DNA of 64,000 nucleotides, from positions 97,997-161,996 of the forward strand of contig CAZWYP010000002.1 in assembly GCA_964638415.1 (NCBI GenBank). The letters run 5' to 3'. The stretch comes from an uncultured Gammaproteobacteria bacterium. Lineage in GTDB: Bacteria; Patescibacteriota; Patescibacteriia; UBA1558; GWA2-36-10. Positions within the stretch are counted from its first letter, which is position 1, and each line of letters starts with the position of its first letter. The notes under the pieces were generated by a model. The model was not told the DNA's origin, did not search any database, and was given only the letters and a program-made list of their open reading frames with translations. The position numbers and the translations under genes are program-made. Shown piece after piece: positions 37,998 through 46,529 of the stretch.

Positions 37998-39080
37998 ATG
38001 GAAGAAAGACAGAAGCATTTTGAGCGGCCAACCACTGAAAGACCGCAGTCATTGCTAAATTTGACCCTGCTAGCGGCTTTATTTGGCCTCTTAAGCGGTT
38101 TTATCGGTTATGTTATAGCCCATAAGGCAAATGTAGTCGGTATTGATAGCCCGGACAACAGAGGAGGCTTAAATATTAATATTGAACAGCCCATAGTTAA
38201 CATTGCTCGTAAATACCAGCAGAGCATTGCGGGAGTGTATGCCCATAAGGCAGCAGGTTCTGCAAATATTCCGGTTTTATATGATCAGGATGATTATTTA
38301 GGTTCAGCAGTAGCAGTAACCAGCGATGGCTGGATGATGTCTACTGATCAGGTGATTAAGGATAATAAAGCGGATATTGTTTTTGGCGGCAAAGTTTATG
38401 CTATACAGGAAATTAAGCAGGATGCTTTCACTGGTTTGGTATTCTTTAAAATAGAGGCAAATAATATTCAGCCGGTGGATTTCCAACTGACCGATGATTT
38501 ATCCGTTGGGGAAAGGTTGTTTGCTAATTTGGATTTTGCTAACAGTTTGGATCATCTCTACCAATCCGTTTATATGGCGCATGATCATTATGTGGTTAAT
38601 AAATTCTTGTCCAGTGATCAGGCGGACTATTTTATTAAAGTGAGCAGCCCAGTAGGGGAGGTTAATTTCTTAGGATCGGCTTTCTTCAATACCAATGGTG
38701 ATGTAATTGGTGTTTATTACCGACTTAATGATGAGCAAACTTTAGTGCCCGCTGAATATATCCGACAGGCAGTAAAGCATCTATTAGATGGCACAGAGCG
38801 GGTTTTATTAGGTGTGCATTATATTGATGCGGAAAATAATCCAGAGTTAGGATTAAGGGGCAATCAATTATATAATCCGACTGTCAGAGCGGTTGATCAG
38901 AATTCTATTGCCGCTAAAGCTGGCTTATTGGTTAATGACCAGATTATTGCTGTTAATAATGATAGAGTATCTGCTAAAAGGACTTTAACTTCGCTTCTAC
39001 AGGATTATCGGGTGGGTGATAAAGTAATTTTCAAAGTGATTCGCGGCGGATCTGAATTGGATATTGAAGTCCAGCTATAG
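37998..39080 (+). CDS. Membrane-anchored HtrA-like protein with a PDZ domain. The catalytic triad appears degenerate, so it is probably a pseudo-protease.
   Basis: TM anchor and C-terminal PDZ. TNKHV is replaced by MSTDQV. GNSGGP is replaced by GSAFFN. Confidence 0.5.
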   Translation: MEERQKHFERPTTERPQSLLNLTLLAALFGLLSGFIGYVIAHKANVVGIDSPDNRGGLNINIEQPIVNIARKYQQSIAGVYAHKAAGSANIPVLYDQDDYLGSAVAVTSDGWMMSTDQVIKDNKADIVFGGKVYAIQEIKQDAFTGLVFFKIEANNIQPVDFQLTDDLSVGERLFANLDFANSLDHLYQSVYMAHDHYVVNKFLSSDQADYFIKVSSPVGEVNFLGSAFFNTNGDVIGVYYRLNDEQTLVPAEYIRQAVKHLLDGTERVLLGVHYIDAENNPELGLRGNQLYNPTVRAVDQNSIAAKAGLLVNDQIIAVNNDRVSAKRTLTSLLQDYRVGDKVIFKVIRGGSELDIEVQL

Positions 39081-39094
39081 ATAAATTAATTTAA

Positions 39095-39127
39095 TAAACC
39101 CCATACTTGATATGGGGTTTATTTTAT
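39095..39127. terminator. Bidirectional terminator between convergent genes.
   Basis: AAACCCCATA-cttga-TATGGGGTTTATTTT. Confidence 0.7.
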
Positions 39128-39405
39128 TCTGGTTCAACTAATTTAAAACTGGGACTGTATTTTTTATTGCTTATTTTCCATTTATCTACATATTGGCCTA
39201 GCCCTTGTTTGTGGAATTGATTACGGCGTCTGGTGGATAATTGCGACCATTCCACCAAGGATGAGAAATTTATTTTATATCTTCCTTTTACAACAACATA
39301 ACGAACCTCTTCTTTGCGAATAGCTTCCCTAATAGCCTTTTGGGAAACGCCGAATAACTTAGCTGCTTCAGAAACGGAAACTCTAATTATATTTTCCATA
39401 ATCAT
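39124..39405 (-). CDS. Small helix-turn-helix DNA-binding protein (excisionase/MerR-like HTH_17 type).
   Basis: VSEAAKLFGVSQKAIREAIRK HTH segment. Lone minus-strand gene. Confidence 0.5.
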   Translation of the reverse strand: MIMENIIRVSVSEAAKLFGVSQKAIREAIRKEEVRYVVVKGRYKINFSSLVEWSQLSTRRRNQFHKQGLGQYVDKWKISNKKYSPSFKLVEPE

Positions 39406-39757
39406 TAAAATATCAATTTAAGTATAGAATATTCTACACCTTAAGGCAAATATGTGGATAAATATGGTTGTGTATAAAGTCAATGTATGGCTATTTATAA
39501 GATATTGGATTGATCTAAGTGTATAGAACAATAGTTGTTGATAAATTAATCCTGTTTTTTAGAAAAAATTGTGCTATAATCTTTACATTAAATAAAGGTT
39601 ATTATTATTTACAAATCAGGCATAATATTATATAATATTAGTCATTAAGCTGATTATTTAATAACAACCTTTAATTTATATAGTTTTTTTGGCTAATTTT
39701 AGCCAATTAATTTTTTTATAAAACTGTAACATTTTTGACGTTTATTCGTCTTTAACT

Positions 39758-40312
39758 ATGCAAAGCATTAAAAGCAATTTGAAAGAAAAAATCTCATTTT
39801 TACGCTTGAAATCAGGAGATGTGGAGGCTTTTGGCTTTTTTTATGACAAATACGTTAAGCAGATTTATCGGTTTATACTGATTAAAGTATCCAATAAAGA
39901 AGTAGCCGAAGACTTAACGCAAGAAGTTTTTTTAAAAACTTGGCAGCATTTAGTGGATCAGAAATCCCTAAGCAATTTCCGCGCTTTCATTTTCCGCATT
40001 GCTCATAATATCGTAGTGGACCATTACCGGAAATTGAACATCCAGTCTTTGCCGCTTGATTCCGCTGATGAAGTGGAAGAAGAAGTGGTCTTTGTCGACA
40101 AGATAGAATTAGCGCTGGATACCGAAGGATTAATTAAGTATCTGCGCCAGCTTAAGCCGGAATACCAGGAAGCCTTAGTCTTGCGTTATGTAGAAGAGCT
40201 CAGTTTGGATGAAATTGCCGAAGTGCTGCAGAAGGATAAGAATAATGTTCGGGTAATTCTGCACCGGGCCATCAATAAATTAAAAACGATTATCAATAAT
40301 AAAGTTAAATAA
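39758..40312 (+). CDS. ECF-type RNA polymerase sigma-70 family factor.
   Basis: Region 2 (FYDKYVKQIYRFILIKV...DLTQEVFLKTW) and region 4 (ALVLRYVEELSLDEIAEVL...VRVILHRAINKLK). Confidence 0.85.
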   Translation: MQSIKSNLKEKISFLRLKSGDVEAFGFFYDKYVKQIYRFILIKVSNKEVAEDLTQEVFLKTWQHLVDQKSLSNFRAFIFRIAHNIVVDHYRKLNIQSLPLDSADEVEEEVVFVDKIELALDTEGLIKYLRQLKPEYQEALVLRYVEELSLDEIAEVLQKDKNNVRVILHRAINKLKTIINNKVK

Positions 40313-40316
40313 TCTT

Positions 40317-41576
40317 ATGAGTTTAGAAAGAAAATTTTCCCAACTGAAGAATGCTCCCGAGTTTTCTTTGGATAATAATTGGGAAAAGACTACTAAACAC
40401 AACTTGCTTTCAGAGCTCCATGCGCAAAATCGTCTGATGAAGATCCAGAAATTAACTACTGGTGAGAAAATGGATTTGCTGGTGATGAGTTTTATGCGTC
40501 GGCTGGTGCCCTCAACCGCTAAGATAGTGGCGGCTTTTTTGATCGTTATGATGGGAGCTGGTACTAGTTTGGCGGCGCAAGCGGCTGTGCCTGGTGAACC
40601 GCTTTGGCCGGTAAAGCGGTCTATTGAAAAAGCGGAAATCACCCTGGCTATGAATCCGGTCAAGGAAGCGGAGATCCACATCAAGCATATTAATAATAGA
40701 TTGAGCGAGATAGATAAAATTGTCGGCAGTGCTAAAAATGAAGTTTCACCGGATAAAGTTGCTAAAAAAGAAAAGGCCATTAAGCAGGTAGTCAGGCATT
40801 TGGAAAAAGATGTGGCAGCCGTTGACAGCACTTTAAAGATTGTTAAAGAAGAAAAAAAGCCAATGGAGACTGTGAATCTGGTAAAGAAAGTGAAAGATGT
40901 GGCCAAAGAAACTAAGCAGAAAGCTAATTCTTTAGCTAATGAAGTACCGAAAGAAAAGAGCGAAGTGATTGGCGAAGCATTGACTAGCGTAGCGGCGATA
41001 AACAATGCGGTGACGGAAACAGTGGTAAATATCGCTGTAGAGCTTCATCAGGAAGCAGTAGCACAAGAAGCGCAGGCTGAGACTACCGCAGAAAATTCGC
41101 CAGCACCAGTTGATGAAGCAACTAAGACAGAATTAGAAGCAGTTAAAACTGCCGCGGTAGAAATTCTAAATGATGAAATTAACCAAATTTCCTCGGAAAT
41201 CCAGGAATCCAAAGATAAAGTAGTGACTAGTGAGACTGTTGATGCAGCGCCTAGCGAGCAGACTAAGCAGGAAATTTCTGAAGTAAAAGGAAAGACTGAA
41301 CAGGCGGAAAGCGTTTTAGGCGAAGCCAAAGCCTTATTGGATGGCGGATCAATCAAAGACGCGGCCGATAAAGTCTTGGTCAGCAAAGAAATCAACAAAC
41401 AAGCGGAAGCCGGCTTGCAGCAGTTAACCAAGCCTATTAACACCATTCCAGTCAATAATACTTCTACAGATCCGGTTATTCCTACTGAAAACAACACCAC
41501 CACGATTGAATCAGCCGCCTTACCGAATACGGAAATTGATTTAATTGAAGGCAAGGAAGTAGAAGAGGTTAAATAA
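40317..41576 (+). CDS. Membrane-anchored DUF5667-type protein, a probable anti-sigma factor partner of the upstream ECF sigma. Long helical/coiled extracytoplasmic region.
   Basis: TM helix (VAAFLIVMMGAGTSLAAQAAV) followed by PGEPLWPVKRSIEKAEI, the hallmark PGxPLYxVKR motif of DUF5667. Confidence 0.6.
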   Translation: MSLERKFSQLKNAPEFSLDNNWEKTTKHNLLSELHAQNRLMKIQKLTTGEKMDLLVMSFMRRLVPSTAKIVAAFLIVMMGAGTSLAAQAAVPGEPLWPVKRSIEKAEITLAMNPVKEAEIHIKHINNRLSEIDKIVGSAKNEVSPDKVAKKEKAIKQVVRHLEKDVAAVDSTLKIVKEEKKPMETVNLVKKVKDVAKETKQKANSLANEVPKEKSEVIGEALTSVAAINNAVTETVVNIAVELHQEAVAQEAQAETTAENSPAPVDEATKTELEAVKTAAVEILNDEINQISSEIQESKDKVVTSETVDAAPSEQTKQEISEVKGKTEQAESVLGEAKALLDGGSIKDAADKVLVSKEINKQAEAGLQQLTKPINTIPVNNTSTDPVIPTENNTTTIESAALPNTEIDLIEGKEVEEVK

Positions 41577-41666
41577 TTTTAAATATAAGTTTTGAAAATT
41601 TATATTACCATCCTAATTTAGCGCGAAAGATAGGTTGTGGGTACATAGCTTTTCTCCTTGAGGAAA

Positions 41667-41711
41667 GCTATAATCCCTAACTTATCGCTATAATCGCGCG
41701 CGATTAGGGAT
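41667..41711. promoter_or_regulatory. Composite operator-like element upstream of the giant surface-protein gene. A perfect 16-bp palindrome TAATCGCGCGCGATTA (41691-41706) is flanked by ATCCCTAA/TTAGGGAT arms and a duplicated GCTATAATC (-10-like) box.
   Basis: Read directly. The palindrome overlaps a TATAAT. Confidence 0.5.
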
Positions 41712-41934
41712 GGTATGTTCCTAGAAAATTAAATTGTGTTTTTTGAGCCTAAAGAACTCAAAACTTATTTGTGGCCTATAAGTCCAATGTCCAGAAAGGT
41801 CGACGCCGTTAAGGGGTTGGGAATTGGAGATTATAGTTTAGTCCGTTATTCTTGCAAAAGAATAAGGATGCTCGCAGATAGGACCGCACATTTATGTTCT
41901 AGCGTAACATCTTATAATTAATAAAAACGAATAC

Positions 41935-44900
41935 ATGAATTTAGTAAAGAAGTTTTTTGTCTTTGCTTTAATGCTGACCACTGTAACCACATTGTCAGTT
42001 ACCCCAGCTTTTAAGGTAGAAGCTGCTGGTAGCTATGGCACTGGCTCACTCTTGGCCTTACAAGGTGCGTCCGATGCCGCAGTGTACTACATTGGTTCAG
42101 ATGGAAAGAAATATGTCTTTCCAGATGCGAAAACATATTTCACCTGGTACGAAAACTTTGACAATGTTGTCCGAGTCCCAGTATCAGAATTAGATATGTA
42201 CCCAGATGGCGGAGCGGTTACCTACCGTGCCGGTACCAAATTGGTAAAGCATATCAATACTGCTAAAGTGTATGCCGTTGAACCAGGCGGAGTCGTCCGC
42301 TGGATCACCGACGAAGCTACTGCTATCTCCTTGTTTGGAGCTAACTGGGCTTCTCGCGTCCAGGACGTTATCCCAGGTTACTTCTCATCCAGCTATACAG
42401 TTGGTGATGATATGGGCAACACTTTACCAACCGGTTCTTTAGTCATGGAACCAGGTGGCAGCACTTACTACTACATTGAAAATGGCACCAAGAGACCATT
42501 TGCTTCCGCTGATGCGTTTGAAGCTAACGGTTTTGACTATGACAATGTATTGACTATGAGTTTATCAGGTTACACCGAAGGTGATTCTATCACCGGTGAG
42601 GAAGCTGAATTGTCAGGCTTTATGCCAGGCGAAGGCGGCCAGACTCCAGTCGGTGGTGACTTGAATGTTTCTTTGGCCTCAGACACTCCAGCTGTTGGTG
42701 TAGCTGTTACTGGAGCCGCTCGCTTACCTTTTACCAAGGTTAGATTGCAGACTGGTGCTTTGGGTGTGACCATTGATTCTATTGTTGTTGAGCGTGGCGG
42801 ATTAGGTCAGGATGGCGCTTTTACTAGCGTTGATATCTTAGATTCTAATATGTTGCCTTTTGACAACAACTCTAAGAGTTTTAATTCTACTCATCAGGCT
42901 ACCTTCACCAAGGATATTACTATCCCTGCTAACACCACTATGTATATTTACTTAGCTGGTAATATGGGAACTATTGGTAACACCTATGCCGGTGAATATC
43001 CAACTTTGGGTATTTCCAGCATTACTTTAGCTGGCGGTGGTTCAGTGATTGGTTCTTTGCCAATTTTCGGTAACTACATGACTACCAATGGCACTTTAGC
43101 TATTGGTTCAGCAACAGTTTCCCGTGGTTCTTACACCAACTCTACTTCTTCAACTTTGGAAGTCGGTCGCACTGATTACAGCTTCTTCTCCTTCCAGGTA
43201 GAAAATACCGGAAATGAAGACTTATCTTTGCGCCAACTGAGCGTGTACCAACAAGGTACCGCTGATCCAGACACTGATTTATCTGATTTTGAGTTGTTTA
43301 GAGACGGTACTAAGTTAGCTGATGGTATGGTTAATGGTGATTACATTAATTTTGTATTAACTTCACCATTGCTTATTCCTGAAGATCAGATTTACCAATT
43401 CCAGGTAAAAGCTGATATTGTTGACGGTTCTGCTAGAACAATAGATTTAGGTGTTTACCGTGCCACTGACCTATTATTTATGGGTCAGACCTATGGTTAC
43501 AATGTAACTCCTACCTATTCTGGAACTGGTTATTCAACAAACTCACCAGTTTTAAGTGATAATGAATTCACTATTTCTACTGGTACTTTGACTGTTGAAC
43601 GGAGCACCACTGTTGGTTCTGAAAATATTTCCATTGGAAATAATCAGGTCTTAGGTGCTTTCAAATTCACTGTTAAAGGTGAGCCAATTAGTATTACCGA
43701 TTTAACTTTGGCCATTGCGTCTACTACAGGTGCAACCACACAGAAGGTGGGCGCTTTGGAGGCAGTAAAATTAGTAAATGCTACTTCAAATACAACCTTG
43801 GCTGGCCCAACAGATCATCTTGATGGTTCTACTAACATTGTCTTCTCTGACACCTTTACTTTGCCAGTAGGAGATACAGTAGTGAAAGTGGTTGGTAATT
43901 TACGTGTCAACAAGGGTTGGGATACTGATGATACAATTTATGCCAGTATTGCTGCTCCAGAAACAGATATTACTGCCGAAGGAGAAGTTACTGGTAATAA
44001 TTTAACTGCGGCTGAAATTACTCCAACCGCAGCTGTTTCTACCAATACCCAAACTGTTAAAGGAGCTTACTTAGCTGTTACCCGCAACACTTTACCAGCT
44101 TCTGGTACAGTAATTGCCGGTCAGCAGGATGTAGAATTAGGTTCTTGGACCTTTAACGCCACTAACTCTGGTGAAGATGTTCGCGTAACCACTATTGCTT
44201 TTGCAGCCTCTTCCTCAGCAGCTACCAATTTAACTGTGTTTGACGGTACTACCGCCTTAACGCCAGTTAATGATGCTCCAGATTCAACAGTTGACGGTGC
44301 AACCACTACATTTAATTTTGATTCACCAATCATTATTACCAAGGGTACTTCCAAGACTATTAAATTAGTTGGTGACATTAACACTAATGCCACCGCTGAT
44401 CAGTCCTCACAGTTTGGTATTACTGATGCTTCTACTTACGACAATCCATCGGTACAGGCTTATGGTGTTTCCACCAATGCCCGCGCCTACACAGCAATTA
44501 CTGCTGATAACGGCGCTATCTTTACCTACTCTGGTACTGGTACTGTAACTGTCAGCAACAACAATAATCCAAACAATGGATTTGTTCGCGCTGGTTCAAC
44601 CGGTAATATCTTCGGTTATATCAAGATTGATGCTTTGAATGAAGATTTAGATCTTGATGAATTACATGTCTTTGTAGCGGATGGCGGTGTTACTGGTACT
44701 GCTACTGGTAACTATCAAGATGTTGCTATGTTATACATCTACGATGGTTCAACCTTATTAGGCAGCGCTTCCAGTCCAACTGACCAATCTACTGGTATGT
44801 ATGATTTCGACTTCCCGAATGGTACTTTGACTGTCGCCAAAGATAGTTACAAGACTTTGACTGTCAAGGCTGACATGGCTACTATCAGCCAAACTGTTGA

Positions 44901-45708
44901 TAATGCCCCTGGTACTCCGGGAGTTGACATCAAGTTCGGCTTAGGCGGAACTGATGGCTTCAAGTTCACTGGTAACGCTTCTAACAGCACTATTACCTCT
45001 GAAACTTACAATGGTTCTACCACTTCTGCTATGGTCTTGCACAAAGCTATCCCAACCGTAACCTTCTCAACTACTTCTAATCGTTTGGGTGCCGCTTCTG
45101 CTTTGACTAACGGCGCGGTGGATCTGTATGCCTTCAATGTTGCTGCCGACAATGGTGGTAACGAAGTGTTGCTCTATCGAGCCACCTTTGAAGTTGCTAC
45201 TTCTGGTGCCGGTGCTTGGGGTCTAACTAACTGTATTTTGAAAGACGGTTCTGGCAACACTGTTGGTGCTGCCACTACCCCAACTGGCGCGGATGCAACT
45301 GCTATGAACTTGTTGACTTATACTTTCAATAATCCAAATATTTCTGCCGGTGATGCACAAGAAGCCTTGACTATTGCTACTGGAAGTTCAGCTACTTATA
45401 CCTTGAATTGTCAGGTATCTGGCGCTGATTCTGGAGACGTTGTCAGTGTTGCCTTAGTTGGTGATGCTGCTTCATCCACCCCAGCTGCCAGTCATGGTAC
45501 TCCAGCTGCCGCTGGTCAGAATACCGCCGCTGCTTGGTCTGCTTATGACAAGGGTAACTTTGTCTGGTCAGACAACTTCAAGAATCGTGGTTTAGCTACC
45601 GACGGTGCTAATGCTACCGCTTACGGTCAATGGTATAATGGTTACTTAGTGCCAGGTATTGGTACTGTAGGAACCACTTCTGCCTACACTGTTGGTTGGT
45701 CAAGCTAA
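41935..45708 (+). CDS. Giant (1257 aa) secreted cell-surface protein, S-layer or adhesin-like. Signal peptide, then three tandem aromatic-rich repeats of about 55 aa, then a long Thr/Ser/Gly/Asn-rich beta-rich region.
   Basis: MNLVKKFFVFALMLTTVTTLSVTPAFKVEAAG signal. Repeats VYYIGSDGKKYVFPDAKTYFTW, KVYAVEPGGVVRWITDEATAISLFG and TYYYIENGTKRPFASADAFEANGF. The remainder is more than 30% T+S+G+N. Confidence 0.7.
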   Translation: MNLVKKFFVFALMLTTVTTLSVTPAFKVEAAGSYGTGSLLALQGASDAAVYYIGSDGKKYVFPDAKTYFTWYENFDNVVRVPVSELDMYPDGGAVTYRAGTKLVKHINTAKVYAVEPGGVVRWITDEATAISLFGANWASRVQDVIPGYFSSSYTVGDDMGNTLPTGSLVMEPGGSTYYYIENGTKRPFASADAFEANGFDYDNVLTMSLSGYTEGDSITGEEAELSGFMPGEGGQTPVGGDLNVSLASDTPAVGVAVTGAARLPFTKVRLQTGALGVTIDSIVVERGGLGQDGAFTSVDILDSNMLPFDNNSKSFNSTHQATFTKDITIPANTTMYIYLAGNMGTIGNTYAGEYPTLGISSITLAGGGSVIGSLPIFGNYMTTNGTLAIGSATVSRGSYTNSTSSTLEVGRTDYSFFSFQVENTGNEDLSLRQLSVYQQGTADPDTDLSDFELFRDGTKLADGMVNGDYINFVLTSPLLIPEDQIYQFQVKADIVDGSARTIDLGVYRATDLLFMGQTYGYNVTPTYSGTGYSTNSPVLSDNEFTISTGTLTVERSTTVGSENISIGNNQVLGAFKFTVKGEPISITDLTLAIASTTGATTQKVGALEAVKLVNATSNTTLAGPTDHLDGSTNIVFSDTFTLPVGDTVVKVVGNLRVNKGWDTDDTIYASIAAPETDITAEGEVTGNNLTAAEITPTAAVSTNTQTVKGAYLAVTRNTLPASGTVIAGQQDVELGSWTFNATNSGEDVRVTTIAFAASSSAATNLTVFDGTTALTPVNDAPDSTVDGATTTFNFDSPIIITKGTSKTIKLVGDINTNATADQSSQFGITDASTYDNPSVQAYGVSTNARAYTAITADNGAIFTYSGTGTVTVSNNNNPNNGFVRAGSTGNIFGYIKIDALNEDLDLDELHVFVADGGVTGTATGNYQDVAMLYIYDGSTLLGSASSPTDQSTGMYDFDFPNGTLTVAKDSYKTLTVKADMATISQTVDNAPGTPGVDIKFGLGGTDGFKFTGNASNSTITSETYNGSTTSAMVLHKAIPTVTFSTTSNRLGAASALTNGAVDLYAFNVAADNGGNEVLLYRATFEVATSGAGAWGLTNCILKDGSGNTVGAATTPTGADATAMNLLTYTFNNPNISAGDAQEALTIATGSSATYTLNCQVSGADSGDVVSVALVGDAASSTPAASHGTPAAAGQNTAAAWSAYDKGNFVWSDNFKNRGLATDGANATAYGQWYNGYLVPGIGTVGTTSAYTVGWSS

Positions 45709-45747
45709 AATTTACTTTCAGTAAATTAAGCTTTCAAGCTAACAAGT

Positions 45748-45780
45748 CAGCCCCCGCAATAATTTTGCGGGGGCTGCTTG
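45748..45780 (+). terminator. Strong GC hairpin after the giant gene (weak T-run).
   Basis: CAGCCCCCGC-aataatttt-GCGGGGGCTG. Confidence 0.45.
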
Positions 45781-45831
45781 TCAAAAGGGGATAAATATAA
45801 TAGAATTAGCAGGTATTTATTATTTTAAATT

Positions 45832-46521
45832 ATGAAAAAAGAAGGCAAAAAATATACAATTATTATCCTTATTGTGGTGGTTATTGGCATAGTGGCTATT
45901 GTTATTTTTAATAGTCTTGACAATAAAGATAATAAGCCAAAGGTAGTTGATATCAGCCATGTTTATGTGGCCGCGGATTTTCCCAACAGTACTTTGGATG
46001 AGAAGAATTTAAATGTTTTTTTAGAAAAATTGAACCGCAATTATGATTTTCTGCGCCAGGACTCCGGCTTTGATCCTTATGACCTGTGGGTAGATATTGG
46101 CAATACCAAGTTAGGACTTAATGATTATAATGGAGCTATTGAAGCCTGGGAGCAGGCGATTAGCTTAAACGAGCTTAATCCCTTGGCTTATGCTAATTTA
46201 GCCAATCTCTACAAGGATTTTGTTAAGGATTACGCTCAGGCGGAAAAATATTATGATTTGGCGATTAGCAAGGATAATATTGGTTATTTTCCGGACTACC
46301 AGTCTTTTGCTGAATTGCACATTCATTATTTGCCGGAAAACAGCGGTAAGGTAGAAGCGATTATGCTTTCCGGCGCGGAAGTGGCCCAAGGTAATAATAA
46401 AATTCCTTTTTATTACTACCTTTATGATTATTTTAAAGAAAAAGACAAGTCTAAAGTGGACTACTACCGTCAGCAGATATTAACGGTTGACCCCAATTTT
46501 GACTGGTCTCAATATGAATAG
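45832..46521 (+). CDS. N-terminally anchored TPR-repeat protein.
   Basis: TM helix then TPR-like AWEQAISLNELNPLAYANLANLY. Confidence 0.5.
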   Translation: MKKEGKKYTIIILIVVVIGIVAIVIFNSLDNKDNKPKVVDISHVYVAADFPNSTLDEKNLNVFLEKLNRNYDFLRQDSGFDPYDLWVDIGNTKLGLNDYNGAIEAWEQAISLNELNPLAYANLANLYKDFVKDYAQAEKYYDLAISKDNIGYFPDYQSFAELHIHYLPENSGKVEAIMLSGAEVAQGNNKIPFYYYLYDYFKEKDKSKVDYYRQQILTVDPNFDWSQYE

Positions 46522-46529
46522 ATAACAAC

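Noticed and set aside
40280-41005. 241-aa minus-strand ORF.
   Set aside because: Lies antisense within the DUF5667 anti-sigma-like gene. Ser/Thr/Ala/Phe-rich with no start context. Shadow ORF.
41736-41921. 61-aa ORF in the leader of the giant gene.
   Set aside because: No RBS, lies in a structured leader, odd composition. More likely untranslated 5' UTR.
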